Shown here piece by piece: positions 48,125-60,141 of a DNA stretch of 64,000 bases (its first letter is position 1; the number at the start of each line of letters is the position of its first letter). The notes under the pieces were generated by a model. It was given only the letters and a program-made list of their open reading frames with translations, did not search any database and was not told the DNA's origin. Source of the DNA: an uncultured Chloroflexia bacterium (lineage in GTDB: Bacteria > Chloroflexota > Limnocylindria > Limnocylindrales > CSP1-4). Made by a program: the position numbers and the translations under genes. The stretch lies in the NCBI GenBank assembly GCA_963832105.1, contig CAWHSS010000003.1, positions 984,131 to 1,048,130 of the forward strand, in the 5' to 3' direction.

Positions 48125-49512
48125 GCCGGCGCCACCGCTTGTGCCTTTTCCGCCGCCTGCCAGCGCTCGACGAGATACGGCTTGAGAAGCTCGAACTCGC
48201 GCGCCTGGCGCTCGACGCGCTCCTCGGCCTGCTCGGTGGTGACGTTTCGATTCTCGATGATGAAGCTGCCGACTCGCCCGAAGTAGATCGGGACGAGGGC
48301 AGCGACCCGTGACTCGATCGGCGGCTCGGCCGTGCGGGCTGCGATGACCAGGTCATAGATCAGGCGGGCCCAGACGTCGTCGGGGAAGTGGAACGCGGCG
48401 AGCGCGTCGGCCATCTGGACGGTCGGCACGACCGCCGACGACCCGTCACCGCCGATTCCGAGCTTGGCCCGGGCGTTGTCGACGAGCTTGCCGGCCTCTT
48501 TGGCGAGAACCATCACCGTGTCGAAGTTGTCCGGGGCGAACATCCGCTGCCACGTGTCGCCGAGCGTCAGCGAGCCCTGGTGGAACTCGGACAGGAGCCG
48601 GATCGTGTTCACCTCGAGCGGCGGCGGGTCGATGATCCGCTCGAAGCCGTAGGCCGGGACATCGTGGCTACCGCGGATGGCGAGCCAGTGGTCGGGATGC
48701 GTCGCGGCCAGGCGAAGGATCGTGCCGACGACCTGGCGGAACATCGGCCCGAGGTCTGACCCCGGATCCTTCGGGTCGTGGACCTTGGCCCCGAGACGGG
48801 CCTGGCAGACTGCGAACCCGCCGGTCAGCGCCGACGTCGTCATCCAGATGTCAATCCCGAACTTGCTGATGTCCTCGGTCCAGTCGTCGAGCTCGAGGTA
48901 GTGGCGGACGAGATCGCCGGAGACGCCGAAGTCGCCCCCGATCGGCTGGCGGATCCGGTGGCCGTACAGGGCTCGCGTAAGCGGGTAGGTGACGGTGTTA
49001 GTGATCGTGCCGTCGTATTTATAGCGGGCGTACAGCGGGGCAACGTAGTCATAGCCGCCCTTGAGGATCGGCCCCGCCAGAAGCTCGATCCACTCCGGGA
49101 TGATCGAGCGGAGGTCGGAGTCGACCACGACGAGGGCCTGGACCTCGAGCGCGGCCGCGATCTCAAAGATCGTGCGCAGCGCCGCGCCCTTGCCGCCGAC
49201 GCCGTCGATCTCGGGGTACGTCAGGCTCACGCGATCGAGCTTGTTGGTCGGGCGGACGAGGAGGATCTGCTCGATGTAGTCGGGCGGCTCGGTCTCGATC
49301 ACGACGCGGCCGGTGCCGTCCGGAGACCCGGCGTCGCTGTTGACGAGGACGGGCTTCAGGTCCGGAAAGTATTGGACGAGGCCGGCCTGCGCGGCGCGAA
49401 CGACGTATCCGATCGTGGCCGCATTCTTGAAGCTGGGGATGCCGACCATGATGTCGGCTCGGCCGAGGCGCGAGATCTCGTCGCGCACGGCCGGGGTGAG
49501 CGCAGTGGGCAC
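48121..49512 (-). CDS. GT-A fold glycosyltransferase co-transcribed with gpgS (specificity unknown)
   Basis: ADIMVGIPSFKNAATIGYVV..NSDAGSPDGT..GGKGAALR..VVVDSDL (DxD)..RQPIGGDFGVS. Resembles the glucosyl/mannosyl-glycerate synthase type of GT from memory only. GTG 49512 is the proposed start. ATGA-type overlap with gpgS. Confidence 0.75.
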   Translation of the reverse strand: MPTALTPAVRDEISRLGRADIMVGIPSFKNAATIGYVVRAAQAGLVQYFPDLKPVLVNSDAGSPDGTGRVVIETEPPDYIEQILLVRPTNKLDRVSLTYPEIDGVGGKGAALRTIFEIAAALEVQALVVVDSDLRSIIPEWIELLAGPILKGGYDYVAPLYARYKYDGTITNTVTYPLTRALYGHRIRQPIGGDFGVSGDLVRHYLELDDWTEDISKFGIDIWMTTSALTGGFAVCQARLGAKVHDPKDPGSDLGPMFRQVVGTILRLAATHPDHWLAIRGSHDVPAYGFERIIDPPPLEVNTIRLLSEFHQGSLTLGDTWQRMFAPDNFDTVMVLAKEAGKLVDNARAKLGIGGDGSSAVVPTVQMADALAAFHFPDDVWARLIYDLVIAARTAEPPIESRVAALVPIYFGRVGSFIIENRNVTTEQAEERVERQAREFELLKPYLVERWQAAEKAQAVAPA

Positions 49513-49558
49513 ACGCCCACCGTACCACCGGCCGCTGACCCGTGCCACGCGCGGCCGA

Positions 49559-50350
49559 TCAGCGGGCGGGCAGATCCCCCACGACCCACTCGGCGTTCGG
49601 CGTGCCCGGCATGTAGCGGCTGTTCGCGCCTTTGAAGGCGATCCGCTTGAACCCGAACGAGCGCCACGACCCCATCCAAGAATCGATCGGCGGGCGCACG
49701 TAGATGCCGCGCCGGACGAGCCGCAATTCGTCGACCACCGACTCCAGGATCCGCTTGCGCTCCAGGAGCGGGACGCTGAGCAGCGGCTCGTCGTCGAGCC
49801 ACAGGAGGTCGACGACGACGATCGCCGCATCCTCGTCGAGAGGCGGCGCCATCCGCTCGATGCTCTCAACGGGAGGCGGCGGCTCCGGGCGCGACCGGCG
49901 GCCGGCGAGCGACCCGAACCACATCCGGCCGATCGAGGGGGCGGATGTGTCGGCGACCTCGCGCTCAGCAACCTCGGTGACGGCCTGGATTGGCTGATGG
50001 CTCAGATAGCCATCGACGAGGAGGCGCTTGGCGCGGCTCGCGGATCCCAATTCCTGCGCGACATCCTGGTAGTCCTCGACCGGGTCGCCGTCGAGATCGC
50101 GAATCGTGACTGCGCCGTCGTCGACGAGGGCGAGAACGCGGAGCCCCGTCCAGAGGGGCTCCACGATGGGATCCCCGACCTTACCGGGCCGACCCTGGCC
50201 GAACTGCTGGGGTCGCCACTCGACGGCGGCGGCGCGGGCGTCCAACGCCCGCACGGGCTGCTCGGTCGTGCTCACGCCGAGATCGTACAACGCGTCTGTC
50301 AGGAGGCTCGGCAACGACCCCGCGGGTCGCGCGTCACCGTACCGTGGCAT
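49559..50350 (-). CDS. ATP-dependent DNA-ligase-like nucleotidyltransferase domain protein lacking catalytic residues
   Basis: Aligns by eye to the LigC in this window: EPLWTGLR vs EPKWDGFR, LVDGYLS vs IVDGEVV, IVVVDLLWLDDEPLL..ERKRIL vs FVAWDLLALGDDDL..ERRALL, FKRIAFKGANSRYMPG vs LDGVIAKRLTDRYQPA. No OB domain. Confidence 0.65.
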   Translation of the reverse strand: MPRYGDARPAGSLPSLLTDALYDLGVSTTEQPVRALDARAAAVEWRPQQFGQGRPGKVGDPIVEPLWTGLRVLALVDDGAVTIRDLDGDPVEDYQDVAQELGSASRAKRLLVDGYLSHQPIQAVTEVAEREVADTSAPSIGRMWFGSLAGRRSRPEPPPPVESIERMAPPLDEDAAIVVVDLLWLDDEPLLSVPLLERKRILESVVDELRLVRRGIYVRPPIDSWMGSWRSFGFKRIAFKGANSRYMPGTPNAEWVVGDLPAR

Positions 50351-51771
50351 CTATGATCGGCGGCGTGACAGGCGCCAGCCTCCCCGGCGACACGGCGAGA
50401 CGCCATAGCGGCCTGGCGGCGCTGACCCCGAGTGGACGAGCGGCGGTCCCGCTCGCCTGGGCGTTCTACGACTTCGCCAACACGATCTTCAGCTACGCGG
50501 TCGTGTCGCTGGCGATCGGGTTGTGGCTCCTCGACGATGCCCGATTCGGCGCGCAGGTCGGCAACCTGGCCTTCAGCCTCGCGATCGTTGCCAGCGTCGG
50601 GCTGAACGCGATTGTTTCGCCGATTCTCGGTGCCTTCAGCGACCGCGCCGGCGGACGACGCCTGCCGTATTTGCTGTTCTTCACGCTGCTTTGCATCGTC
50701 CCCACGGCGCTCATCGGCTTCAGCCCGGCGTTCGTCGGCCTGCTTCTCTTCGTCGTCGCGAACTTCGCGTATCAGGCCGCACTCATCTATTACGACGCGA
50801 CGCTCCGGACGGTGAGCTTCCCCGAGACGAGGGGCAAGCTGTCCGGGATCGGGGTTGCGATCGGGTATTGCGGCACGATCTTCATCGGCCTCCTGATCTT
50901 CCTGCTCGACCTGCCGGTGCCGAGCATCTTCTTCGTCGCGGCCGCCCTCTACGGGCTCTTCGCGATCCCGCTCTTCCTGGTCGTCCGCGAGGCGCCGACG
51001 CCCGGCGCGGTCCGACCGACGGCTCGGGACGCCGCACTGGCGCTGACCCAGCTCCGAACGACGATCCGCAACGCCCGGACTGTCCCAGGGCTGGGTCGCT
51101 TCCTGCTCGGGCGCTTCTTCTACTCCGACGCGGTGAACACGATCATCGTCGTCATGGCCATCGTGGCGACCGAGGCCATGGGCCTGACCAAGACGGTCGC
51201 GAACCTGATACTGCTCTCGCTGGCCGTGGTGGCCGTCCTCGCGAGCTTCGGCTGGGGCGCGCTCGTCGACCGGATTGGACCGAAGCGGACCCTGATGGCG
51301 GTCCTGGCGTCCTGGGCGATCGGGCTGGTCCTTGGCGGCATTTCACTCGGGGTGCCTGGGACCGTCGGGCTCGTGATGTTCCTCCTCGCGGGGGCCATCC
51401 TCGGGAGCGGGCTCGGTGGCGTCCAGGTCGCGGACCGCGTGCTGATGGTCCGCCTCTCGCCGCCCGAGCAGCTCGGCGCGTTCTTCGGCCTCTACGGTCT
51501 TGTCGGCAAGGGATCGCAGGTGATCGGCCAACTGCTATACGGGGCGACAACGTTCCTGTTGCTCACGTCGCTCGGCGTTGGGGCCTACCAGGTTGCCGTG
51601 CTCAGCCTTCTCGTCACGATGCTCATCGGTGCCTGGCTGGTGGCCCCGGTCAACGACCGTTGGAGCGGATCGGGCGAGTTGCCCAGCCGCGACGCCGCCG
51701 CCGGAACGCCTTTCCCCCGCAACCGCGCCGATCGAGCCTCGCTGACCGTCGGTCGTCAGTCGTCCGCGTAG
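50344..51771 (+). CDS. MFS transporter (UMF1 / Atg22-like family)
   Basis: WAFYDFANTIFSYAVVS... and about 12 TM segments. The start may be ATG 50353. Confidence 0.85.
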   Translation: MASMIGGVTGASLPGDTARRHSGLAALTPSGRAAVPLAWAFYDFANTIFSYAVVSLAIGLWLLDDARFGAQVGNLAFSLAIVASVGLNAIVSPILGAFSDRAGGRRLPYLLFFTLLCIVPTALIGFSPAFVGLLLFVVANFAYQAALIYYDATLRTVSFPETRGKLSGIGVAIGYCGTIFIGLLIFLLDLPVPSIFFVAAALYGLFAIPLFLVVREAPTPGAVRPTARDAALALTQLRTTIRNARTVPGLGRFLLGRFFYSDAVNTIIVVMAIVATEAMGLTKTVANLILLSLAVVAVLASFGWGALVDRIGPKRTLMAVLASWAIGLVLGGISLGVPGTVGLVMFLLAGAILGSGLGGVQVADRVLMVRLSPPEQLGAFFGLYGLVGKGSQVIGQLLYGATTFLLLTSLGVGAYQVAVLSLLVTMLIGAWLVAPVNDRWSGSGELPSRDAAAGTPFPRNRADRASLTVGRQSSA

Positions 51772-52755
51772 CCGGCGGGGTTGCGCTGGCGCCACTCCCA
51801 GGCCGAGGTGATCATCTCCTCGAGCGACGACCGCTTCGCCTCCCAACCGAGCACCTCTTCCGCCAGAGCAGATGACGCGACGAGGATCGGCGGGTCGCCG
51901 GCTCGGCGCTCACCGATGGCCTGGGGAATCGGGCGACCTACCACGGATTCCGCGGCGGCCAGAACCTCCCGGACGCTGAATCCGCGGGCGGTCCCGAGAT
52001 TCAGGGCGAGCGGCGCGACGGTTCGCTCGTCATCGGCTGACGTCGCCTCCAGCGCGAGGAGGTGGGCGTCGGCCAGGTCCGCCACGTGGATGTAGTCGCG
52101 GATGCACGTCCCGTCCGGCGTCGGGTAGTCGTCGCCGAAGATCGTCACCGGCTCGCCGGTACCGTCGGCCGCCCGAAGGACGTTCGGGACGAGGTGCGTC
52201 TCGGGGTCGTGGACCTCGCCGTTCCGCTCGCGTCGCCCCGGCGACGTTGAAGTAGCGCAGGCTCACGGAGCGCAGGCGGTATGCGGCGCCGTAGGCCGCG
52301 AGGGCCGCCTCGAACGTCCGCTTCGTTTCACCGTACGTGTTGATCGGCCGCAGCGGCGCGTCCTCGTAGATTGGCGTCGAGTCGGGAATGCCGTAGACGG
52401 CAGCAGTGGAGCTGAAGACGATCCGCCCGACTCCGACCTGCCGGGCCGCCTCGAGCAGGGCGATGCCGCCGGCGACATTGTCCCGGTAGTAGCGGGCCGG
52501 ATCGAGGGCCGACTCGCCGACCAGCGATCGGGCCGCGCAATGGAGGATCGCCTCGATCCGCCCCGCGTCGAGCAGTTCGACGAGCTCGGTCTCGTCCGTG
52601 TAGCTCCAGACCTCGAGCCGGGCCTCGTTCGGCACCGCGTCCGCGTGGCCTGTCGATAGGTCGTCGAGGACCGATACGTCGTGCCCGGCGGCGAGCAGCG
52701 CCTCGACCGAGGCGGAGCCGACATATCCCGCGCCACCGGTCACGAGGATGCGCAT
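51756..52755 (-). pseudogene. galE: UDP-glucose 4-epimerase, one frame break near 52232
   Basis: MRILVTGGAGYVGS..SSTAAVYG..YGETK..LRYFNVAGA | RNGEVHDPETHLVPNVL..VTIFGDDYPTPDGTCIRDYIHVADLA.. Confidence 0.85.
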
Positions 52756-52780
52756 CAGGGCCTCCGATCCGGGCTCGTCG

Positions 52781-53167
52781 TCACTGAGGTCGCCGCCTTC
52801 GGCCGAGGAGCCTCCCGATCAATCCGGGCGAGGAGGTCCGCGTGGGCGGCTCCTCCGGCGCCGGGCGCGCGGCGGAGCGGACCGGCGGCTCGGCAGTCGG
52901 CGGCGTTTCGCCGCGGCCCGCCATGACCTCCGAGAGTCGCATCACGAGATGTTGTGCCGCGGGATTGTCCGGGTCGATCGCCAGAGCCGCTCGTGCATGG
53001 AGGTATGCCGTCCGATCGTCACCACGCTCGAGGGCGACGCGGGCCAGGCCCATCACCGCGATCGAGCTCTTCGGGTCATTCTCCGCGACCTGGCGATAGA
53101 GCCGCTCCGCGTGTTCGAGGAGGCCGTGGGTCAGCGCCCGCTCCGCCTCGAGCAGGACCTCGATCAT
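52781..53167 (-). CDS. Tetratricopeptide-repeat protein (small)
   Basis: AERLYRQVAENDPKSSIAVMGLARVALERGDDRTAYLHARAALAIDPDNPAA gives two TPR-like units. ATGA overlap with cca. Confidence 0.65.
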   Translation of the reverse strand: MIEVLLEAERALTHGLLEHAERLYRQVAENDPKSSIAVMGLARVALERGDDRTAYLHARAALAIDPDNPAAQHLVMRLSEVMAGRGETPPTAEPPVRSAARPAPEEPPTRTSSPGLIGRLLGRRRRPQ

Positions 53168-54541
53168 CGGTCGGCCGTCACGAGGTCGCGGGCAAGCATC
53201 AGCAACGCCGGTGCGTCGTTGAGGGCGGGATCCTCGATGACCCGCTCGACGAGGGCGTCGAGGATTCGCCCGAGATGCGGTCCCGGCTTGAGGCCGAACT
53301 CGACGATCAGGTCGTTGCCGTCGATCGCCAGCGCATACCGATCGAGGACCGGCCCGCTCGCCAGCTCCGCAGCGATTCGGGCCCGAAGCTCGTCGAGGCC
53401 GTCGGCCGTCGGCGCGACACCGCTGCCGATGTTGTCCGCCTCCCGCAGCGCGAAGAGCTCGTCGACGACGTCCCGACCGACCTTACCGATGAACCGCCGA
53501 ACCGCCGAATCGCTCCAGCCTGTCTCGTACTTGAACATGTGCTGGCGGACGAGGTGGGCGACACGCTCCGTCACGATCCGCGGCTCGTGGAGGCGCTCAA
53601 GGAGCTTGCGCGCGATCTCCGCGCCGACCGTCTCGTGGCCGTAGAAATGGCCGTCTGCCTGCGTCGCGGGTTTGCCGATGTCGTGGACGAGGGCGGCGAG
53701 GCGAACGACCGGATGGGGGGGCGTGGCGTCGACCGTTCGGAGCGTGTGCTGCCAGAGATCCTCGCCCTCGATCTTGTTCTGAACCATGCCCCGTTGGGAG
53801 GCGAGCTCAGGCGAGATGGTATCGAGCAACCCCGTGTCGGCCAGGAGCTCGCAGCCCGACGGACGGCCGCTCGGCTGCCAGCAGTTTGGCGAGCTCGGCG
53901 GCGATCCGTTCCCCGGACAGATGGGCAACGAGCGGGGCATGGTCCCGGATCGCGGCCAGCGTGTCCGCCTCGATGCTGAACCCGAGCGTCGCGGCGAGTC
54001 GGACGGCGCGGACCATCCGGAGCGCGTCCTCTTCGAAGCGGGTCGCCGGGTCGCCGACGGCCCGCAGGACCCGGCCGGCGACGTCGACTCGGCCACCGAA
54101 CGGATCGACGAGCGTGGCGCGTGCGGCCTGGTCCGCGGGATCGTCGCCGCCACTCGGTGTCGCGCCCCACGCCATCGCGTTGACCGTGAAGTCCCGACGC
54201 GCGAGGTCCGCCTCGAGCGACGTCCCGAACTCGACCCGATGCGGGCGTCGGAAGTCGGCGTAATCGTGGTCGCTCCGGAACGTCGTGATCTGGTACTCGT
54301 GGCGTCGTCGGCGGACCGCGACCGTACCGAACCTGTTCTCGTACACGGCGTCCGGGAAGAGCGCCTGCGTCTCCTCGGGCAGGGCGTCGGTCGCGAGATC
54401 CCAGTCGACGGCCTCCCGGCCGAGCAGCGCGTCGCGCAGCGAGCCGCCGACGATGTACGCGCCGTGACCGGCGGACCAGAGCGTTTGAAGAAGCGTCACT
54501 ACCGGTTCGGGCACGACGTCGCCGATCCCCGCCGGCTCCAC
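53164..54541 (-). pseudogene. cca: CCA tRNA nucleotidyltransferase (PolyA_pol head plus HD domain), one frame break near 53850
   Basis: YIVGGSLRDALLGR..DWDLAT..RRDFTVNAMA..RAVG.P..RFEEDALRMVRAVRLA | ..LLADTGLLD..LVHDIGKP..GHE..VRQHM. Start trimmed to GTG 54541 to avoid a 34-nt overlap with the HNH gene. Confidence 0.8.
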
Positions 54542-54564
54542 CGGTAGCCCGTGCTCCGGCGAGG

Positions 54565-55080
54565 TCAGTTCCGACCCAGGAACAGGTACGTTCGCCACGC
54601 CTCGTTCCGCTCGTCGGCAAGGTATGGCGTGAAGAGGGAGTAGACGTCACTCCGTGGCTCGAACGGCGGCCGGTGGAGCCGGAAGCGGACCTCGTCGACC
54701 GTCTTGCCCCCCTTGCGGTGGTTGCACGCCTTGCAGGCGGTGACGAGGTTCTCCCAGGTGTGGCCGCCGCCCCGATGGCGCGGGACGATGTGATCGAGGG
54801 TCAGGTCGTGGGTCTGCCGGCCGCAGTACTGACAGGTGTGCCGGTCGCGCGCGAAGATCTCGCGTCGCGAGAGCTTGACGCGTGGCCGCGGTCGCCGGAT
54901 CTGGTACTGGAGGCGGATGACCGACGGCGCGCGAAAGGACGTCCGCGGCGTCCGGATCACCTGGTGGTCGTACTCGATCACTTCGGCCTTCTCGCCGAAC
55001 ACGAGCCGGAAAGCTCGCGGCAGGTTGCAGACGTTGAGCGGCTCGTAATTCTGGTTCAGTACGAGCACCACGCCGTCCAT
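54565..55080 (-). CDS. HNH endonuclease
   Basis: RDRHTCQYCGRQTHDLTLDHIVPRHRGGGHTWENLVTACKACNHRKG, an HNH motif with CxxC pairs. Confidence 0.85.
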   Translation of the reverse strand: MDGVVLVLNQNYEPLNVCNLPRAFRLVFGEKAEVIEYDHQVIRTPRTSFRAPSVIRLQYQIRRPRPRVKLSRREIFARDRHTCQYCGRQTHDLTLDHIVPRHRGGGHTWENLVTACKACNHRKGGKTVDEVRFRLHRPPFEPRSDVYSLFTPYLADERNEAWRTYLFLGRN

Positions 55081-55113
55081 CGGGCGCGATGGTAGCAGGA
55101 CGACCCGAAGGGC

Positions 55114-56041
55114 TTACGTTCGGCCGACCGCGGCTCCCGACTGCGGGTCCCAGCCGCCGGCCTGGCCGACCTTGCTCGCGAGGGGCCGACCCAGGGCCGA
55201 CGCGATGAATCGGGCGGCCTCGAGGACGCCGTCGAGGCGCACCCCGTGCTCGTAGCCCATGCCGTCGAGGAGGTATACGAGGTCCTCCGTGGCCAGGTTG
55301 CCGGCCGCCCCGGGCGCGTAGGGACAGCCACCGGTGCCGCCGGTTGACGCGTCGAAGCAGCGAATCCCCGCCCCGAGCCCGGCGACGACGTTGGCAAGGG
55401 CGGTGCCGCGCGTGTCGTGGAAGTGGAACGCGATCCGTTCGGGGGCGATGCCCGCGGCGACCGCCTGCGCGGTCAGCTCGACGACCTGGCTCGGGAACGC
55501 CGACGCCGATCGTGTCGCCGAAGCAGACCTCCTCGACGCCGAGCTCGAGCAGTCGGAGCGCGACCTCGACGGCCCGATCCGGGTCCACCGCCCCGCTGTA
55601 CGGGTCCCCGAAGGCGGTCGAGACATAGCCCCGGCGCCACCAGCCGAGTTCGCCGGCGCGGGCAAGGACCGGCGCGAATGCAGCGAGCAATTCCGCGATC
55701 GTCATCCCGATGTTGCGGGTCGTGAACGCGTCCGATGCAGCGGTGAAGACCGCGATCGCGTCGGCGCCGGCGGCCTCCGCGCGGGCGAGTCCCCGCAGGT
55801 TCGGGACGAGGACGGGGTAGCGGACGCCGTCGACTCGCGGCAGGGCCGGAAGTAGGTCGTCCGCGTCCGCGAGCTGGGGAATGGCGGCCGGCGACACGAA
55901 CGAGGTCGCCTCGATCTCGCGGAGGCCGGCCGCGACGAGCAACTCGACGTAGCGGCGCTTTGTCGCCGTCGGGATCGAGGACTCTTCGTTCTGCAGGCCG
56001 TCGCGCGGCCCGACCTCGTAGACGCGGACCCGATCGGCCAC
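55114..56041 (-). pseudogene. Hydroxymethylglutaryl-CoA lyase, one frame break near 55495
   Basis: VRVYEVGPRDGLQNE..EATSFVSP..CFGDTIGVGVP | SQVVELT..IAFHFHDTRGTALANV..FDASTGGTGGCPYAPGAAGNLATEDLVY. Confidence 0.85.
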
Positions 56042-56049
56042 GCTCCCGG

Positions 56050-56426
56050 TCAGCCCTTCGGCGGCGTCATCGCCCGCTCGATCGCCGCGATCCGGATCTC
56101 GATCCGCCCGATCTCGTCGACCGCGGCACGGTGCTCGTCACTTCCCAGCGGAGCCGCGTTCCGCTTCTGCCGAGCGGCGGTGTGTCGGTCGAGAAGCTCC
56201 GCGCGGCTCCCCGGCAGGCTGGTGTCGACCTTGGCCGCCTGGCCATGGGCCTTGGCGGGCTTGTGGCCGCCGGCGTGCGGATCATTCTTGTGGCCGGCCT
56301 TGGCCACCTGGGCCGCAGCGCCTTCGACCGCCGCCGTGACGGTATCGACGGCGCTCTTGACGGCACCCTGCAGGCCGCCGGTCTTCGACTTCTGGTTCTC
56401 GGAGCGTCGTTGTCGTGCTTGGCCAT
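56050..56426 (-). pseudogene. Small conserved-looking hypothetical protein, early frame break
   Basis: AGGAGG then ATG (56426) gives MAKHDNDA. The plausible peptide continues in the 56050 frame: ENQKSKTGGLQGAVKSAVDTVTAAVEGAAAQVAKAGHK...AAVDEIGRIEIRIAAIERAM. Confidence 0.45.
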
Positions 56427-56465
56427 CGGTCCTCCTGCGTAGTCGAAAGGGTAGCGCCTCGACGC

Positions 56466-58442
<1,977 letters not shown>

Positions 58443-58479
58443 GGGTGTGTCGCGATTGTCGCATACCGAACGGCGCGGC

Positions 58480-59290
58480 CTAGTCCACCTCGTCTGGCTG
58501 CCAGCCGGGTTTGCGCTTCTCGGTGAAGGCTCGGAAGCCCTCCTGTGCCTCTTCGCTGACGCGCTGGCGGGCGATGACCCGCGCCGTGTGCCATTTCGAG
58601 GACCCGTGACCCAGGCCGCGGACCTCGCGAACGATCGACTTTGGCCGCCCGGGCGGCCGTCGGTCCGGCGGCGAGAACGTCGGCGACCGCCGCGTCGACA
58701 GCGGCGTCGAGCGCGGCCTCCCCTTCGACGACCTCGTGGACCAGCCCGATTCGCTGGGCCCGCACCGCGTCGAAGCGCCGACCCCCCGGGAATAGCGCTC
58801 GGGCGTTCGTCTCGCCGATCTTGGCGATGACGAACGGCGAGATGACCGCAGGCAGGATCCCCAGCCGCGTCTCGGTGAACCCGAACCGCGCGCCGGCTTC
58901 GGCAACGACGAAGTCGGCAACGGCGCACAGGCCCATTCCGCCGCCGAGCGCCGCCCCCTGGACGCGGGCGATCACCGGCACGGGGCAGGTATCGATCGTT
59001 TCGAACATGTCGGCCATCGCGATCGAGTCCTGCTCGTTGCCTTCGACGTCGAGGGCCATCGCGGCGCGCATCCAGGCAATGTCGGCGCCGGCACAGAACG
59101 ATGGCCCGTCGCCGGCGAGGACGACCGCCCGGAGATCCGCTGGTGCCTCGCGCGCGAGCGCCGCGAACGTCGAGCGGAGCTCCGCGATCACCGACGCGTT
59201 GAAGGCGTTGTGGACATCCGGCCGGGTGAGCGTCACGCGGGCGACGACGCCGCCCGGACCACCTCGCTCGAGCCTGAGGAGATCGCTCAC
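58480..59290 (-). pseudogene. Enoyl-CoA hydratase (methylglutaconyl-CoA hydratase-like), one frame break near 58640
   Basis: LTRPDVHNAF..VLAGDGPSFCAGADI..VQGAALGGGMGL..FGFTETRLGILP.. | ..SIVREV..VSEEAQEGFRAFTEKRKPGW. Confidence 0.85.
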
Positions 59291-59327
59291 CGCCGCATCG
59301 TAGCGGCCGGCGATCCTCCGGCGGCCG

Positions 59328-60119
59328 TCAGCTCGCCGCCGCTGCCCGGGGAGCTGCCGTCAGGACTTCGACCGAATCGCCGAGGCGGATGCGGCCCGGC
59401 CGTTCGACCTCGCCGTAGACCCCGAAGTCGATATCGCGATCGTCCGTCAGGCCGCGGTAGGCGATGATCGTCCGGAGGGTGTCGAGGTCGCGCTCGCCGG
59501 TGTCCGGATCCTGGGTCGTGATCGCGCAGCGTGGCACCGGGGCCGAGATCTGGAGCACCGCCTCACCGAGGCCGATCCGGCCGCCGACCCAGGTGTCCTC
59601 CTCGTGCGCGGCACCGCCTTCGAGCTCGATGAGCATCCGGAAGCGGCGCCCGTCGACCATGCCCGTTCCGAGGTGGTGGGCGAGGAGCTCCAGCGACCCA
59701 TCAGTGATCAGCGTTGCCGGGTGAGCGTTGCGGGTCCCGCCGACTCGATCGCACCGGATAAGCCGGATCTGCCGGCCGCAGAACTCGGACAGCGCGGCCG
59801 CCCAGGGCCCCTCGACGAGGTGCCCGGCCACTCTTCGCTTGTGGACCTCGGTCTCGACGGCCGCCCCGAGCTCGACGGCCGCATCGACGATCGTGCCATC
59901 CGGAAACGACAGGCGCAGCTGGGTGGCCTCGGGGTCCGTATGTGCGCCGATTTTCACGAGGGACGGGACCACGAGTCGATCGACGAGTCGGTCGGTGGCG
60001 TCGGTCAGGTAGAAGCGCCGGTCCTCGACGACGCCGGCTTCGGTCAGGTCGATCTCAGTCGGGTGCGCCAGGCCGAGACTGCGGACAGGCGCGATCGAGA
60101 AGCGGGCGACCGTTGGCAT
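59328..60119 (-). CDS. MOSC domain-containing protein
   Basis: IAPVRSLG..RRFRMLIELEG..EEDTW.G..I.LGEAVLQISAPVPRCAITTQDPDTGERD, a MOSC beta-barrel with the conserved Cys. Confidence 0.85.
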   Translation of the reverse strand: MPTVARFSIAPVRSLGLAHPTEIDLTEAGVVEDRRFYLTDATDRLVDRLVVPSLVKIGAHTDPEATQLRLSFPDGTIVDAAVELGAAVETEVHKRRVAGHLVEGPWAAALSEFCGRQIRLIRCDRVGGTRNAHPATLITDGSLELLAHHLGTGMVDGRRFRMLIELEGGAAHEEDTWVGGRIGLGEAVLQISAPVPRCAITTQDPDTGERDLDTLRTIIAYRGLTDDRDIDFGVYGEVERPGRIRLGDSVEVLTAAPRAAAAS

Positions 60120-60141
60120 TGGCCGGATGCTACCGGACGCG

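Noticed and set aside
45993-48185. Very long ORFs antisense or out of frame to confidently assigned genes. Examples: 45993..48185 +, 56773..58830 +, 13899..15626 -, 9330..10985 -, 60908..63172 - (except its last 83 codons), 9740..11098 +, 6719..7570 -.
   Set aside because: These are shadow ORFs, typical of very high G+C DNA. Their translations are Arg/Pro/Gly/Asp-rich with no recognisable motifs, while the opposite or alternate frame carries clear family signatures.
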